DNA of 64,000 nt, from the NCBI GenBank assembly GCA_035221665.1, contig CM069150.1:36580001-36644000 (forward strand). The letters run 5' to 3'. The position numbers and the translations under genes were made by a program. Below, piece by piece: positions 12,850 to 25,549 of the stretch. Below the pieces are notes generated by a model that did no database searches, was not told the DNA's origin, and saw only the letters and a list, made by a program, of their open reading frames with translations. Position 1 is the first letter of the stretch; each line of letters begins with the position of its first letter. The stretch comes from Okamejei kenojei. Its lineage: Eukaryota.

Positions 12850-13103
12850 AATGTGTGGAGTTTGCCCGTACTCCCTGTGACTGTGTAGGTTACCTCCGGG
12901 CCCTCTGGATTCCTCCCACAGCCCAAAGTCGTGCGGGTTTGTTGGTTAATTGTAAAATTGTCCCTCGTGTGAAGGGAGTGGGTTAGAAAGCATGATAACA
13001 TAGAACTAGTGTGATGATAGCATAGAACATCGATGGTAATATTTGGTCGGCGCGGCCTTGGTGGGCCGAAGGCCCTGTTTCCTTTCTGTATCTCTAAACT
13101 AAA
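12850..13103 (+). mobile_element. V-SINE, 5' truncated
   Basis: Central domain plus gggccgaaggccctgttt...tctctaaactaaac tail. Confidence 0.78.
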
Positions 13104-13269
13104 CATTAATAAAATGCTTCCAATTTTGTTACACTGTTTTGTTGCACTGATAAACTCTTGTTCCCTGCATGACTGGACTAGTAAAGTTCCACACTGGTAG
13201 ACTAATTAATATTCTTGTGCAGAAAAAAAGGAACTTTGGTTTACGCATTCAGGTTTGGGTTTATTATTA

Positions 13270-13420
13270 CGTGTGGGAGAAGATGGAGTACCTGGAAAAT
13301 AAACCCACACGGTCATGGGGAGAATGTACAGAAACTCCACACAGACAGCACCAGGTCAGGGTCAAACCTAGGTCTCTGGTGCTGTAAGGCAGCAACTCTA
13401 CCGCCGCACCACTGTGCCAC
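13270..13420 (-). mobile_element. V-SINE 5' half
   Basis: tgtgggag...cagacagcacc...gctgtaaggcagcaactctaccgccgcaccactgtgcc. Confidence 0.75.
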
Positions 13421-14160
13421 ACCATATGATGTAGGATGTGACGTAGGTAAGTCTGAGCTTGGAGTATTATTGTGTCGAGTCATTGTCCTCTGCCAGCTGA
13501 CTGCTGAAACATGCATCTAGCAGGAGGCTTTGATGTTTCAAAGGAGCCCATGTGTACAAAAATATTGTATGAATATCTGTTTATATATCACTTAAATATG
13601 GGGAATGTTTTTATTTATTGTCACAAAATTATATACGTTTACAGCACAAACAATTCATATTCATGATGCCCCACAAAACCTTATTCAATTCCATCAGTTT
13701 GATTTTCAGTTCTTTCTCCCTCATTTGTTGATCATAAATTATAGAGTATTGTGTTCTTAGAGTCATACAGCCTGGAAACAGGCCCTTCGCTCCAACGTGC
13801 CCAACATGTCCCATCTACATTAGACTTTTTTTTTACTTAACGTTATGTAGGCCAATTGCAGGCAGGAGGGGCTGGTTCTTAATGTGTGAATCATAACAAA
13901 TTGGCAGTTAAAACTAAGAACAGTTTCAAAACCGACATCATTGAGAATGATCTTTTCACGCCCTCCTATAAACAGTATTTACAAGACCTTTGACAAGAAC
14001 AGCAACACTGACAAGAACATTCTTTAGTTCCCCTGAAGCAGATGATTATCACTAATGGACATCTGGATTTTTCTATGCTACTTTCCTTGTTGAGAGATGA
14101 CAATATTTTGTTTATAGCTTGGGTGACAAACATTGTCAAATGGCCCATGGGTATGAAGGC

Positions 14161-14455
14161 ACAAGGAACTGCAGATGCACGTTTACTAAAAATGACACAA
14201 GGTGCTGGAGTACCTTGCGAGTCAGGCAGCATCTCCGGAAAACAAGAATAGATGATATATTGAATCGGATTCTTCTTCAGACTGATTGTAGTCGGGGGGG
14301 GGGGGGGGGAGAAAAATATAATACCTTGCCCTGTCGTGCCCCAACATCCCTTCCATCTTTCTCCCCCTTACTGTATTCAGCCTGAGGAAGGGTCCCGGCC
14401 CAAAACGTCTTGCAGTCATGTTCTCCAGAAATGCTGCCTAACCCGCTGAGTTACA
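14161..14455. mobile_element. Fold-back element with spacer containing G16
   Basis: Left arm ~14161-14285 and right arm ~14376-14455 are inverted copies. Confidence 0.7.
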
Positions 14456-14619
14456 CCATGTCCTTGAGTATGAATGTGGAACTAGCAGCATTAACACCAT
14501 TACTAATACATTATGATTGCAAAAAAACTTCTCAGAGAAATTCTATCTTTTTGGGATTGGGCCATTTTAGCCTCTCTTCATAAGCATTGCTGTTCAAGCT
14601 ATTATTTAAAACGGAAACA

Positions 14620-15070
14620 TAATTCATTGTACATGATGTAGGCAAGACGGAGCTTGGAGTATTGTATGCAGTTTTGTCCTCCTATCTAAAAAAATAAAGA
14701 TACAATTGTTATGGAGGGAGTGCAGCAAAGACTGTAGTTTGGTTACAAGAATGGAGCATTTGACACAAGCTCTGTACAGTACAGAAGAAAGAGAGACATC
14801 CCCCATAGAATATAAAACCGTGCAGCGCTGGAATGGGTCCTTCAGGCCTACAATCATTGTGCCAAACATGGTCTAGTTAAGCTGATCTCGTCTGCCTGCA
14901 CATGATCCGTATCACTCTATTCCTTGCACTTCCATGTGCCTATCTAAAAGCCTCTTAAATGCCACCATCATATTTGCATCCACCACCACCCCTAGAATTG
15001 TGTTTCAAGACCCCACCACACACTCTGTAGAAAAAGTTGCTCCGCACATCTCCATTAAACTTTCCTCATT
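14620..15070. mobile_element. Degraded CR1-like fragments
   Basis: ttggagtattgtatgcagttttg... on the plus strand, and a minus-strand 3' end from ~14805. Confidence 0.5.
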
Positions 15071-16213
15071 AAAACACGCGTAATCCTTACAAAATCTCAA
15101 CAGGCTGGGTGCAGGAAGGATTGTCCGTATAGAATCAGGGGTCATAGGCCTGGAAAAAAGGTTAGGCTGTTTAGCAATGGGACGAGAGGACATTTCTGCA
15201 CACTGGGACGGGTTAATGTGGCAGCTCAATCACTTAATTTGATCAGAACAGAGATCAATAATATTTTTTGGATATTAGTGAATCAAGCGAAATGGATGTA
15301 TGAAAGAAAACACATGTTGAGGTAGAGAATGGTGGATCAGGCTCAGAGGGCCAGCTTTTGTATCATATGTTCTTGCGTTATGTGAATTACTTGCGTTGTT
15401 AGACTCCATAATGCATTTTGCTGTTGTTGCACAAACAATGGTTGGGTTATTGAGTTTGCTCTGTTTCATGTGGTCAGAATGGGGTGGCAGGAAACCAAAA
15501 GTTAATTATTGTTAAATGCAATGTGTGTTTCATAATTGCTGCTGAATCTGTGCATTTTGCCAACTCGTGCTTAAAAACTGAAATATAGAACAGAACCTGC
15601 AGCAAATGCAGTAGATCAGTTCCACTTCCCATTTGCCTCTCACTCTCCGAACTTTTAATGGAAACAATTATATTAACTATGATACAAGTTTATCATGATC
15701 CTGTACGCTGTGGGTGGCTTGATTGGCTTTCCGCTGACTGGCTCGCACGCAACTAAAGCTATTCACTGTACCTCAGTACACTTGACAATAAACTAAACTG
15801 ATAAACTAAACTAAATTAATGGACCGCACCATCACATATTTATACACCGCAGTATTATTTATTGCTTATCAGGTCAAATCTGAAAACATTTGTCATCCAA
15901 AATATTTGGGAAAAGTGGTGTTTAAAATAATCTAATAGGTCTGGGGATGATTGTCGATATATTTTTTCTAGTTTGAGTTAAGTTTAGTTGTCAAGTGTAC
16001 CGAGATAGTGAAAAACGTTTGTCACCTGCTGACCAGTCAGTGGAAAGACAATACATGATTACAAACGAGCTATCCACAGTGTACAGATAACATGATGAAG
16101 GGAATAACTTGAATAATGTTGATCGAAACATAGAAATATAGAAAATAGGTATATAAATGTTATTTATGATAGTTTTTCCCTCATGGTTCAGAAATAAAGA
16201 ATGAATTAAGTTA

Positions 16214-16562
16214 GTAGGAAGGAACTGCAGATGCTGATTTAAATCGAAGATAGACACAAAATGCTGGAGTAACTCAGCGGTACAGGCAGCATCTCTGGAG
16301 ATAAGGAATGGGTGACGTTTCAGGTCGAGACCCTTCTTCGGACTGAGCGTTATCCTTCTCTCCAGAGATGCCGCCTGTACTGCTGAGTTACTCCAACATT
16401 TTGTGTCCATCATCAACATGAATTATGTTAGTACACAAAAAGCTGGAGAAACTCAGCGGGTGCAGCAGCATCTAAGGAGCGAAGGAGATAGGCGACGTTT
16501 CGGGTCGAGACCCTTTTTCAGACTGGATAGGCGACGTTTCGGGTCAAGACCCTTCTTCAGAC
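16214..16562. mobile_element. Two adjacent hammerhead-bearing elements (~16214-16410 and ~16434-16562)
   Basis: Family arms; the second has a tandem 38-bp unit gataggcgacgtttcgggtc(g/a)agaccct(t)(t/c)ttcagac. Confidence 0.8.
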
Positions 16563-16686
16563 GAATTACGTTAGCATGGGAGGAGATGGAGAGATCAAAC
16601 ACAGGGAAAGAAATAATTGAATTTATTCACAATCTCAGACTGTTCCAAACTACCGTAAAGCCAACAATGTGTAACTCCTGTGGATA

Positions 16687-16820
16687 TAAGGAACTGCAAA
16701 CACTGCTTTACAAAAAAAGACACAAAATGCTGGAGGAACTCAGCAGGTCAGGCACATCCCCGGAGAGCATGGATTGTTGATGCATCGGGTCGGGACTGAA
16801 TAATGGTCCCAACCTGAAAC
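16687..16820. mobile_element. Fold-back element fragment
   Basis: aaggaactgca...cacaaaatgctggaggaactcagcaggtcaggca. Confidence 0.65.
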
Positions 16821-17390
16821 TGAGCTTGCTGGATGTGATCTTAAGTTTGTCCCTGTATATCCTTATCTTCCTAAGCACCCCAGTCCCAAGTAAAGTCTTC
16901 TTAAGTCCCAAGGGGATATTTGACATTTTGGAACTTTAGATCAGTATTCTGCTGAAGCAAATTCCACAGGTTTATTCTGGACTGTAATGCAGTATGTTAG
17001 CTGCCCCTGAATTTCATTTGAATCGTTCATTTATATTCATTCAAATTAATATCTATTCTTAGAGGGAGCTGATGTAAATGAGCTCATTTCAGATTTTAGT
17101 TAAAGTTATATCGAATGAAAAGTACCATTCAGACAATATGGTATAAAGAAATACATTTAAGTTGATTTGAACAAGACAAAATAACATTGAGCAGGATCTA
17201 GTTTATGCATGTTTCCCTCATGGAATTTTCAACAATGCGATATGTACCGATTAAGTGGAAGAAAGAACAAGAGGATAATATGCATAACCAAAATATATCT
17301 ACTGGTTTAACAAAAGTGATTTGGTTATTAGATGGCCCAAAAACAGAAATGTGTATTACTAAAACTGGATTGAATCTCAAATGTTCCTCA

Positions 17391-17495
17391 GGCAGTGCAG
17401 TGGTAGAGCTGCTGCCTTGCAGCGCCAGAGACCCGGGTTCGATCCTGACCACTGGTGCTGACTGTATGGAGTTTGTTTGTTCTCCCTGTGACCAC
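17391..17495 (+). mobile_element. V-SINE tRNA-derived head
   Basis: ggcagtgcagtggtagagctgctgcc...gacccgggttcgatcctgac, with A and B box-like motifs. Confidence 0.78.
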
Positions 17496-17509
17496 ATGAA
17501 CTATCAGCG

Positions 17510-17780
17510 GAAAGGAAAAACAAAGTGTTGGTGGTACACAGTGGGTCAGACAACATTTGGGGAAAGATTGAATGGAAAAAGGGGGATGGAATGGAAAAAA
17601 AGCCTGTCCATTGCCTGCCCGGATGTTGCCCGACCCACTGAGTTCCTCCAGCATTTGTGTTCCGCTCATGAGTCCAGCATCTGCAGTCTCTTGTATCTCC
17701 AATCTGCTGAAAGCACTTTGACCAGCATCAGTGGGTGAAAAGGTACAGTTGATGTTTCAGATTGAAACCTTGTCTCAGGT
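17510..17780. mobile_element. Degenerate fold-back element fragments
   Basis: cacaaagtgttgg..., ctgagttcctccagcatttgtg...ccagcatctgcagt. Confidence 0.55.
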
Positions 17781-17790
17781 AACAGTATTA

Positions 17791-17955
17791 AGGGCCTGTC
17801 CCACTTGGCTGTCAGATGGCACGCAAAGATTTTGTACATCACAAAATCCTGCGACGCCGCAAGCGGCCACGTGTCACTGCCTATGCCATCACGCACCATG
17901 CGTAAATGATGTCGCCTAAATTACTCGCAAATGACGGCCAAGTGGGACAGGCCCT
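17791..17955. mobile_element. PIF/Harbinger-like MITE, 165 bp, different internal sequence
   Basis: TIRs AGGGCCTGTCCCACTTGGC(T/C)GTCA...TGACGGCCAAGTGGGACAGGCCCT, flanked by TTA/TAA. Confidence 0.85.
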
Positions 17956-18438
17956 TAAAGGTACTGCCCTTATGAAGACTAATTCCCTTTTCCACATTGG
18001 GAATACCTTTTGTGTGGCACCAGAATCACGCTGAATGGAATAAACTAAGAAGAGATTTGGGCAGCTCAAAACTGCTCAGCCATGAGGCAACATGGATCAT
18101 GGCCAAGAGCTGCAGATGTGAACACCACCACATTTGTCACCCATTGATCTGACCACAGCCCACACTCCACTCTTACTTTCTGGCTGGGGTATTAACCATG
18201 GTTAAATGATGGGTGCAGAAGGCCATATCAGGAGAGTACTGGGCATATGAGGCACCAATCTCATGAAACTTCGAAACAGGGATACTTGTGAGAGTGAGTT
18301 AGTAAAAGCAGCAGGCAAAAGGCAGGACAATGTGACTCATACTCGACTAATCAGAACAAAACTCAACAGTTCTGCCGCATCATGAAATGTGGTGACTATT
18401 GAACACTAACAGATGGAAGAAAGAACACCAAGAACATA

Positions 18439-18920
18439 TTTTAGTTTAGTTTGGTTTGGTTTAGAGATACAGCATGGACTTTAGCCCACTTAGTCCGAAC
18501 GTGCCACCGATCCCCTGCACACCAACACTATCCTACACACAAGGGACAATTTACAACTAAACCAAGACAATTAACCTACCAACGTGTGTTGGAAAGAACT
18601 GCACATGCTGGTTTAAATCAAAGGTAGAATCAAAATGCTGGAGTAACTCAGCAGGACAGGCAGCATCTACGTACTGCTGCCTGCCCTGCTGAGTTACCCT
18701 TCTTCAGACTGAAGAAGGGTCTCGACCCGAAACGTCACCTATTCCTTCTCTCCAGAGAGGCTGCCAGTTCCGTTGTGTCAACCTACAAACCTGGAGTGTG
18801 GGAGGGAACCGGAGCAAACGGAGAATACCCGTGCAGGTCACAGGGAGAAAGTACAAACTCCATATAGACAGCACCCGCAGTAAGGCATTAGTTCTACTGC
18901 TGTGCCACTGTGCTGCCCTC
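18439..18920 (-). mobile_element. V-SINE split by a nested hammerhead element at ~18587-18779
   Basis: SINE halves at ~18439-18586 and ~18780-18920, with aacctac(c/a)aac(g/c)tg duplicated at the junctions. Confidence 0.8.
18709..18736 (+). ncRNA. Minimal hammerhead ribozyme core motif (best-preserved copy, activity untested)
   Basis: CTGAAGA-A-GGGT-CTCG-ACCC-GAAA-C-GTC: CUGANGA box, one-base insertion, 4-bp helix II, GAAA box and GUC triplet, with almost no helix III. Confidence 0.6.
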
Positions 18921-19239
18921 TCAATGATGGTGGGGCCCAGCATGTATACACTAAAAACAAGGCAGAAACATATGCATGCATTTACAAAGTGGTTGATCCA
19001 TCTTGACTTCCTCCAGAGATCCACCACTATTTCAGAATTCTGTTTTCAACCAAATCAATTTGCTCCATGTGATATAAAGAAATTTCTGGGAATATTGGGT
19101 GAAGGATAGATTATGGGATCAGACAACATCCCAGCTGTAGCAGTGAAGATAGCACTCCAATGACCGGAGTTCCCATTCACATAAAGAAAACCGGTTTTGA
19201 TCATTGGAAGTCAATAATCCCAGTCTTGTGACATTTTCA

Positions 19240-19920
19240 CAATAGCCCCTCAGGCCTCTGCGCTGGACCCTACCATCTTCAGTTACTTCATCAATGCCTT
19301 TCCTTCCAACAAAAGGCCAAAAGTGTAGATGTTTGCTGATGATTGTACAAAGTTGCTTCACATCTACTCATGATGCAGCTTTATAGAACTTTGGTTAGGC
19401 CACCATTTGGAGTATTGTCTGCAGGTCTGGTCGCTCCATTGCTGGAAGGATGTGGATGCTTTGAAAATGGTGCTGATTAGAGGGGTATTAGCTACAGGGA
19501 GGTTGGACAGATTTGATTTGTTTTCACTGGAATGCCAAAGGTTGCAGGGAGACCAAATAGAAGTATGTAAAATTATGAGAAGCATAGGTAAGATAGACAG
19601 TCAGAACCCTTTTCCCAGCATGGAAAAATCAAATACTACAGCGCACAGCTTTAAGGTAATAGGGACAAAGTTTAAAGGAGATATGTGGAGCAACCTTTTT
19701 ACACCGAGGGTGTTGAGTGCCTGGAATGTGCGGCTGCGGGATGGTGGTTGAGGCAGATATGATAGTGGTATTTAAGTGACTTTTGGATAGGCATATGGCC
19801 ATGCAGGGAATGAAGGAATATGAATGATGCGCATGAAGATAAACATTGGTCTTGGCATTATGTTTGCCACAGATATCATGCGCTGTGGGGCCTCTACTTG
19901 TGCTACATTTTACTATGTTC
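19240..19920 (+). mobile_element. Older CR1-type LINE fragment
   Basis: ORF 19407-19751 reads EYCLQVWSLH...RLDRFDLFSLE...RVLSAWN, a decayed ORF2. Confidence 0.8.
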
Positions 19921-20452
19921 TATGTACTCAATAAATGAAGCTGTCCACAACAGCTTGTGCCGATAACTTGAAACAAAAGTTTGTGCCACAAAATGGCAGA
20001 CATTGACAGTCTAAGCAAAAGAGCGTCTAGCTTTGATGATATTGTCACGACTGCATTCCTCATCATAAGCATCTTTGGATCACCCTTGACCAGAAATTCA
20101 ACCATATCAGGAAAGAGCAGAAAAACATAGAGGCAAGTGATTTAACTCCTTGGCAACCCAAAGCCCCATCCCATCCGCTCAAACTTCCAAACAATTTAAT
20201 TGTTATTATTCCACTTAATTGTTTAGACCTGTGCCACGCTATTCTGCTGTCATATGTTGTCTTTACTCCTTACTATTAAAAATATAGATCAACCAGTCTC
20301 AACATCTCTCAACGTTTTTTTTTAAACCTCAAATTAAATGTCACCATTATTTAAATCTTTCTTTCAGAAAGAAAAGCAATTATAATTTGCATGTTCCATG
20401 CTACAGTAGTGTAATAGATGACCATTATCCCATTAGTGAGCCAATAGGTCAT

Positions 20453-20549
20453 CAGGATGAAGAAGGGTTCCGACCCGAAACATTACCCATCCTTTTTCTC
20501 CAGAGATACTGCCTGACCCGCTGAGTTACTCCAGCACTTTGTCTACCAT
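20453..20549 (+). mobile_element. Hammerhead-bearing element arm with TSD
   Basis: atgaagaagggttccgacccgaaacatt...; caatagg(t/c)cat duplicated at 20442-20452 and 20550-20560. Confidence 0.78.
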
Positions 20550-21197
20550 CAATAGGCCATTCTCTTTTAATGCTAATAATTATATTTTGATATAAACAAG
20601 ACAGGGTGGAACTTTGCATACACGAAACACCACAAAATATTTGAATTGATAAAAACTATTGAAATGTTGGGATTAGTTAGTTACACCTGAAATGTAAAAA
20701 CATAGCAGCTGAGCCAAGCTAATCCTGACTCATGAGGATATGATTGCATTTCAGCATAGAGAAACATTGTTTTGACTCGTTAATATATCTTGTTTTCTGA
20801 GATGTTGGACTATATTATATTTCACCCTATTTGAATCCACAAATCTGCCATGTAGAATTTAGCCGAAAGTGAAAATGTTAGATTAGGAGTCGAATGAATG
20901 TTCCACAGCATCAACAGCCTGTCACTGATTTATTTTCCTATAAATGTATTGGAGCAATTTGATTAGAAATTATTCATATTGAGGTGAATCCTATCAGATT
21001 TATCAGCATGTGATGGCATATTCTTTTTTTTTGCAGAATAGTTATTTTCTGCCTTTCCTGGTGTTAATTCCTTAGCAATATAACTCACATTGAGATTTAT
21101 TTTTTTGATGTCTGTAATGGAGTATTTTTCATTACATTGTTCATATAAATGAACAAGCTATGTATATTTTCTATAAAATAGGTGTAGTGCTATAGAG

Positions 21198-21430
21198 TGT
21201 AGAAAGAAAGAACTGCAGATGCTGGCTAGAATACAAAAGGACACAAAGTGCTGGAGTAATTTAGCTGGACAGGCAGCACCTCTGGAGAATGTGGATAGGT
21301 GACATTTTGGGTTGAGATAGGTGACATTAAACCTTTAGTTTAGTTTATTTTATTTTTGAGATACAGCACAGAAACAGAGACCCGGGTCTCTGGCACTGTA
21401 AGGCAGCAACTCCGCCACTACGCCACCATG
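21198..21430 (-). mobile_element. Fold-back element arm followed by an internally deleted V-SINE
   Basis: Arm at ~21198-21330; SINE tail joined directly to the head at ~21335-21430. Confidence 0.7.
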
Positions 21431-22609
21431 TGGTAGGGAGAAGAGAGCTGGAAAAGGGGAGAGGCAGAACAAAACGTGACGGATAATACCACGATAGAGC
21501 AGGGAGGGGGTTGACAGGCAGATGGTTGGACCAAATGCCAGAGATAAGAAAAGAAGGTGTGTGCCAGGTTTAAAGAGTTGCAGATTGTTAAGCCATAGGT
21601 TTGAAAGTAGTGGAGGGAGGGGGTGGTTGGGTTGTATAACTCTTTATCATGTGAAGAGTTAAATAAATAACCAAATGCACTTAATTCTTTGACAGACAGA
21701 AATGTTGGATGGTTTCCACACTAACAGAAACAATCTGGAACTTTATAGCCTTTAAGCTCTTAATTAATATTGGGAACCACTTCCAGTAAGCTTTCATTGG
21801 CTGTTGTCTTTGTACGGTGCTGAGATGGCGGTGGGACATTGGTTTATAGTTTACCTTTGAAGATTGCTTTGGTTTCTTGCATTTTACAGTTCGTTTTTAT
21901 AAATATAATAACATAATGATGTTAACATTTTATCTTCTTTATACAAGGAAAGATATATCCAGCACGGCCAGACATAAAGTAGCAGAATCCCCACATGGAA
22001 AGGAGCAATGAGATTTAGATGTAATCAGTTTGAAAATGTATGGGTTTTGAAAGATAATGTTTCTGTAGCTTCTGTAAATTAAGCTTGAAATACAAATCAT
22101 TTACACCAGGTAGAGGTGAAAGGAATTGAAATTTGTTGCACACCTTGATGTAAGAGTTTAAGAATATATATTTATCAAACATTTTATGTTGACTTGCCAA
22201 TCAGTTCACTATTAATTGCTGCATATAATTGAAGTCCTGTGCAATGTCACATGTCACCAGTTCTTTAACTATATTCAGAGGGAAGCACAATTCTCGGAAA
22301 AGAGTGAAATGTGCAATTGCCAATAAAAAAAAATTATCTAATTGAGGCCAAGAATTCTGCATTAAGTGCAAAGAGCAATCTGGCCACATAACTGCACTCA
22401 AAATGTGCCTGTATTAAAAATGTTTTAGCTTAGATATCTGCACAACTCATTTGTATATAACTGCATGGAAAATCATGATTCATCATGACCTCGCAGCATT
22501 TTGTGTATGACTTTTTAAAATAAGTGGCATAATTTCTCCATCTGGTAACCTATTACAACTTATATGTTCAGCACTGAAGATTAAGGAACCTCCATTTGTG
22601 GAGGATGTA

Positions 22610-23060
22610 TCTTGTGGTGGAAAGATTGGAACGACTGGGCTTGTATTCACTGGAATTTAGAAGGATGAGAGGGTATCTTATAGAAACATGTACAATTATT
22701 AAGGGATTGGACTCACTAGTTGCAGGAAACATGCTCCCGATGTTGGAGGAGTCCAGAACCAGGGTCCACAGTTTAAGAATAAGGGGGAGGCAATTTAGAA
22801 CTGAGATGAGGAAAAACATTTTCACCCAGAGAGTTGTGAATTTGTGGAATTCTCAGCTTCAGAAGGCAGTGGAGGCCAATTCACAGAATGCATTCAAAAG
22901 AGAGTTAGATAGAACTCTTAGGGCTAGTGGAATCAAGGGATATGGGGAGAAGGCAGGAACAGGTTACAGATTGTGGATGATCAGCCATGATCACATTGAA
23001 TGGTTGTGCTGGCTCGAAGGGCCGAATGGCCTACTCCTGCAGCTAATTTCCATTTATCTA
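22610..23060 (+). mobile_element. CR1-type LINE 3' end
   Basis: ORF 22596-23069 reads [23 protein letters not shown]...ESRTRVHSLRIRG...FTQRVVNLWNS. Confidence 0.9.
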
Positions 23061-24244
23061 TGTACGTAAATTCCTCCATTTTTTCTGCTGACATGTTTTG
23101 GCCGATTTTACACGATTTATGATGAAAGAAATCAGATTGACCTGACAGAAACTTTAGATCTATACGTCTATGAAAGAAAGAAAGATCTATATTCAAGAGC
23201 AAGCTCGACGGCTTGTGCTGTGAAGCACTACCTGGTGTTCTCGTAAACCACAATGTTACATAATCTATTCCTGGCCTGTAGAAAGTTTGTTGGCCAAGTC
23301 ATGATAGCAGCTTCACTAGGCTATGAAAATTAATGCAAGGATGCAAAGATGTTCTAGAATGATGGATCTTTAAATAAGTAGTTTCTTTACTTTGGTCTTT
23401 GGATCATATCTTAACTGTGCAGCAAATTGCAGGAAATGTGAATTGATCACGGCATAGTGAGATCAAAAGAGGCATTAGGACCCCATAAATATTGGGTCAA
23501 TAATCTGTCCTTATCCAAGTAAAGAACAGAGGCAGTGACAAAGAAGTTAGAAGTGTGAAGTAGAGTCAAGTTTGATACAGAGACAAAAGTAAAGAGAAAT
23601 TAAATGAATGGAATGTCTTATCAAAAAATAGCAAAAGTAAAAGTTGGGGAAAAAATACTCAATGTTTGAAGAAGTCCCATAAACAATTTACTAGTGGGAC
23701 TCTACAGTTCCGCTATTTCTTTCTGGCTCTTTCTAGGTGGGGATGTATCAGGGCTATTAATCATGCCATTAATAGGGTCCTTTAAGAGATAAATTACAAA
23801 GTCTAAATGGCTGCTATGAGACGAAGATAGATAAATCCAGAAATTTCAAAACACGCAGTGGAGAGGCTCAATCTGAGATAATATTTCTTCTGACGTGTTA
23901 ACAAAATTAACAGGGAACTCAGCTCAGCAATTTGTCTAATTGTCACAAATTGCTGGGTAAAGTTATGAATTTGCCACTGATTTTCTCCGAGTCTTTCGGT
24001 CTCCAGTTTTGGATCTGCTGTTAATTTTGATCTAATGACCGCTAACATAATATATTTCTCTGTGGTTAGGGCCCTGCTTAACCGTCATGTTCCTCATGGT
24101 GAAATAGTTTACTGAGAATCATTTTACTCATAAAATGAAAAAAGACCACGGTGCGATTGAACTGTACTTAACCAACTATCTCAAAGAGAGGAGAAGCAGA
24201 GGAAAGTATCGGTGGAATCAATAATCCAAGGGTTAAAATGTTCT

Positions 24245-24562
24245 AGTTTTAGTTTAGAGATACCACATGGAAACAGGCCCTTCGACCTGCCAAGTCCACG
24301 CTGGCCATCAATCACCTGTTCATCCTAGTTCCATCTTATCCCACTTTCTCATCCACTCCCTGCACATTAGGGGTAATTTACAGAAGCCAACTCAAGTAAC
24401 TTACAAATTTCCACATTTACGGGAGGGGCAAGTAAACCAGAGCACACAGAGAAGGCACATGTGGTCGCAGTCAGAACATGCAAACACCACACAGACAGCA
24501 CCCGAGGTCAGGATCGAACCCGGTCCTCTGGCATGATGAGGCAGCAGCTCTAGCAGCGGCAC
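24245..24562 (-). mobile_element. V-SINE
   Basis: Tail through to B-box head on the minus strand. Confidence 0.8.
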
Positions 24563-25549
24563 CTTATTAAACGTAAATGTAATTAAATATACTTCAATAT
24601 CAAATTACGTCGGCAGTTAGATTATAATTATTTGGTTCTCCTAATTTTTTTCGATTTTCCACACAATCATTTATAATGTAAGGAGTCATCAGCAAAATGT
24701 GTAGAGGTAGGCATGAACGGGGTCTTACTCAACCTTCCACTAACGCTGCAGTGGTTGATCAGAGACACCAACCAGGAATTTCCCAGTGAGCCAGCTTGAA
24801 CTTAACACTGCAGCACAAAACGATCTGTGCCACTTAACCTTTTGATGTTTGCAACTCGCTGAGCAGCAAGTCATATCTTGGGCAAATGTTTAGTTTCAGC
24901 TCCACAGATTGCAAAATGCAAACTTCAAATAAAACAGGGCGGTTGCTGTGCTCAAAAACTGCTCTGTACATCTTACCATCGCCACCATTTTTTCAACTGT
25001 GATGATGTCAACAGCATCCATCGCTGTAATGAGGGAGAAAAATGTCATCAAGATGATAGCCAAATTAATTCCTCAATGGATGTAGCTAGATAGTTTTAAA
25101 ATGATTCTCTTCAATTAATTTTCCTTTAAAAAAGTAACATAATTTGTTTTTAACAGGTATGATTCATTTTAGAATTTTTAATACTGCTATTTGATGATTT
25201 TAATTGCTGGGAAATGACACCCAGTTGATGACATTTATTTAAAAAAGTGCTATTGTTTTTTCCAGTGAAGGGAAATATGTGTTCGACATGTTTGGATTGC
25301 TTGAATCTTACTGTAATCCTGTCCGCCCATTCCCATGTATGTAGAGCTAGTTGCTATTCAAGGACCTAGCCAAATTCGGAAACTTTGTTTGGTTAGATGT
25401 ACCAAATCTGGCTCAGCAATTTGGGAATAGAGACCTGGAGGATTATTTTATGTCAAGAGGAATGGATTGGTTGTAAGGGCAGCAAACTAGCAGAAAATGT
25501 TGAGAAAATAGTGAGAAGCAATTAAAGGCAATTTACAAAAAAATTTGAA

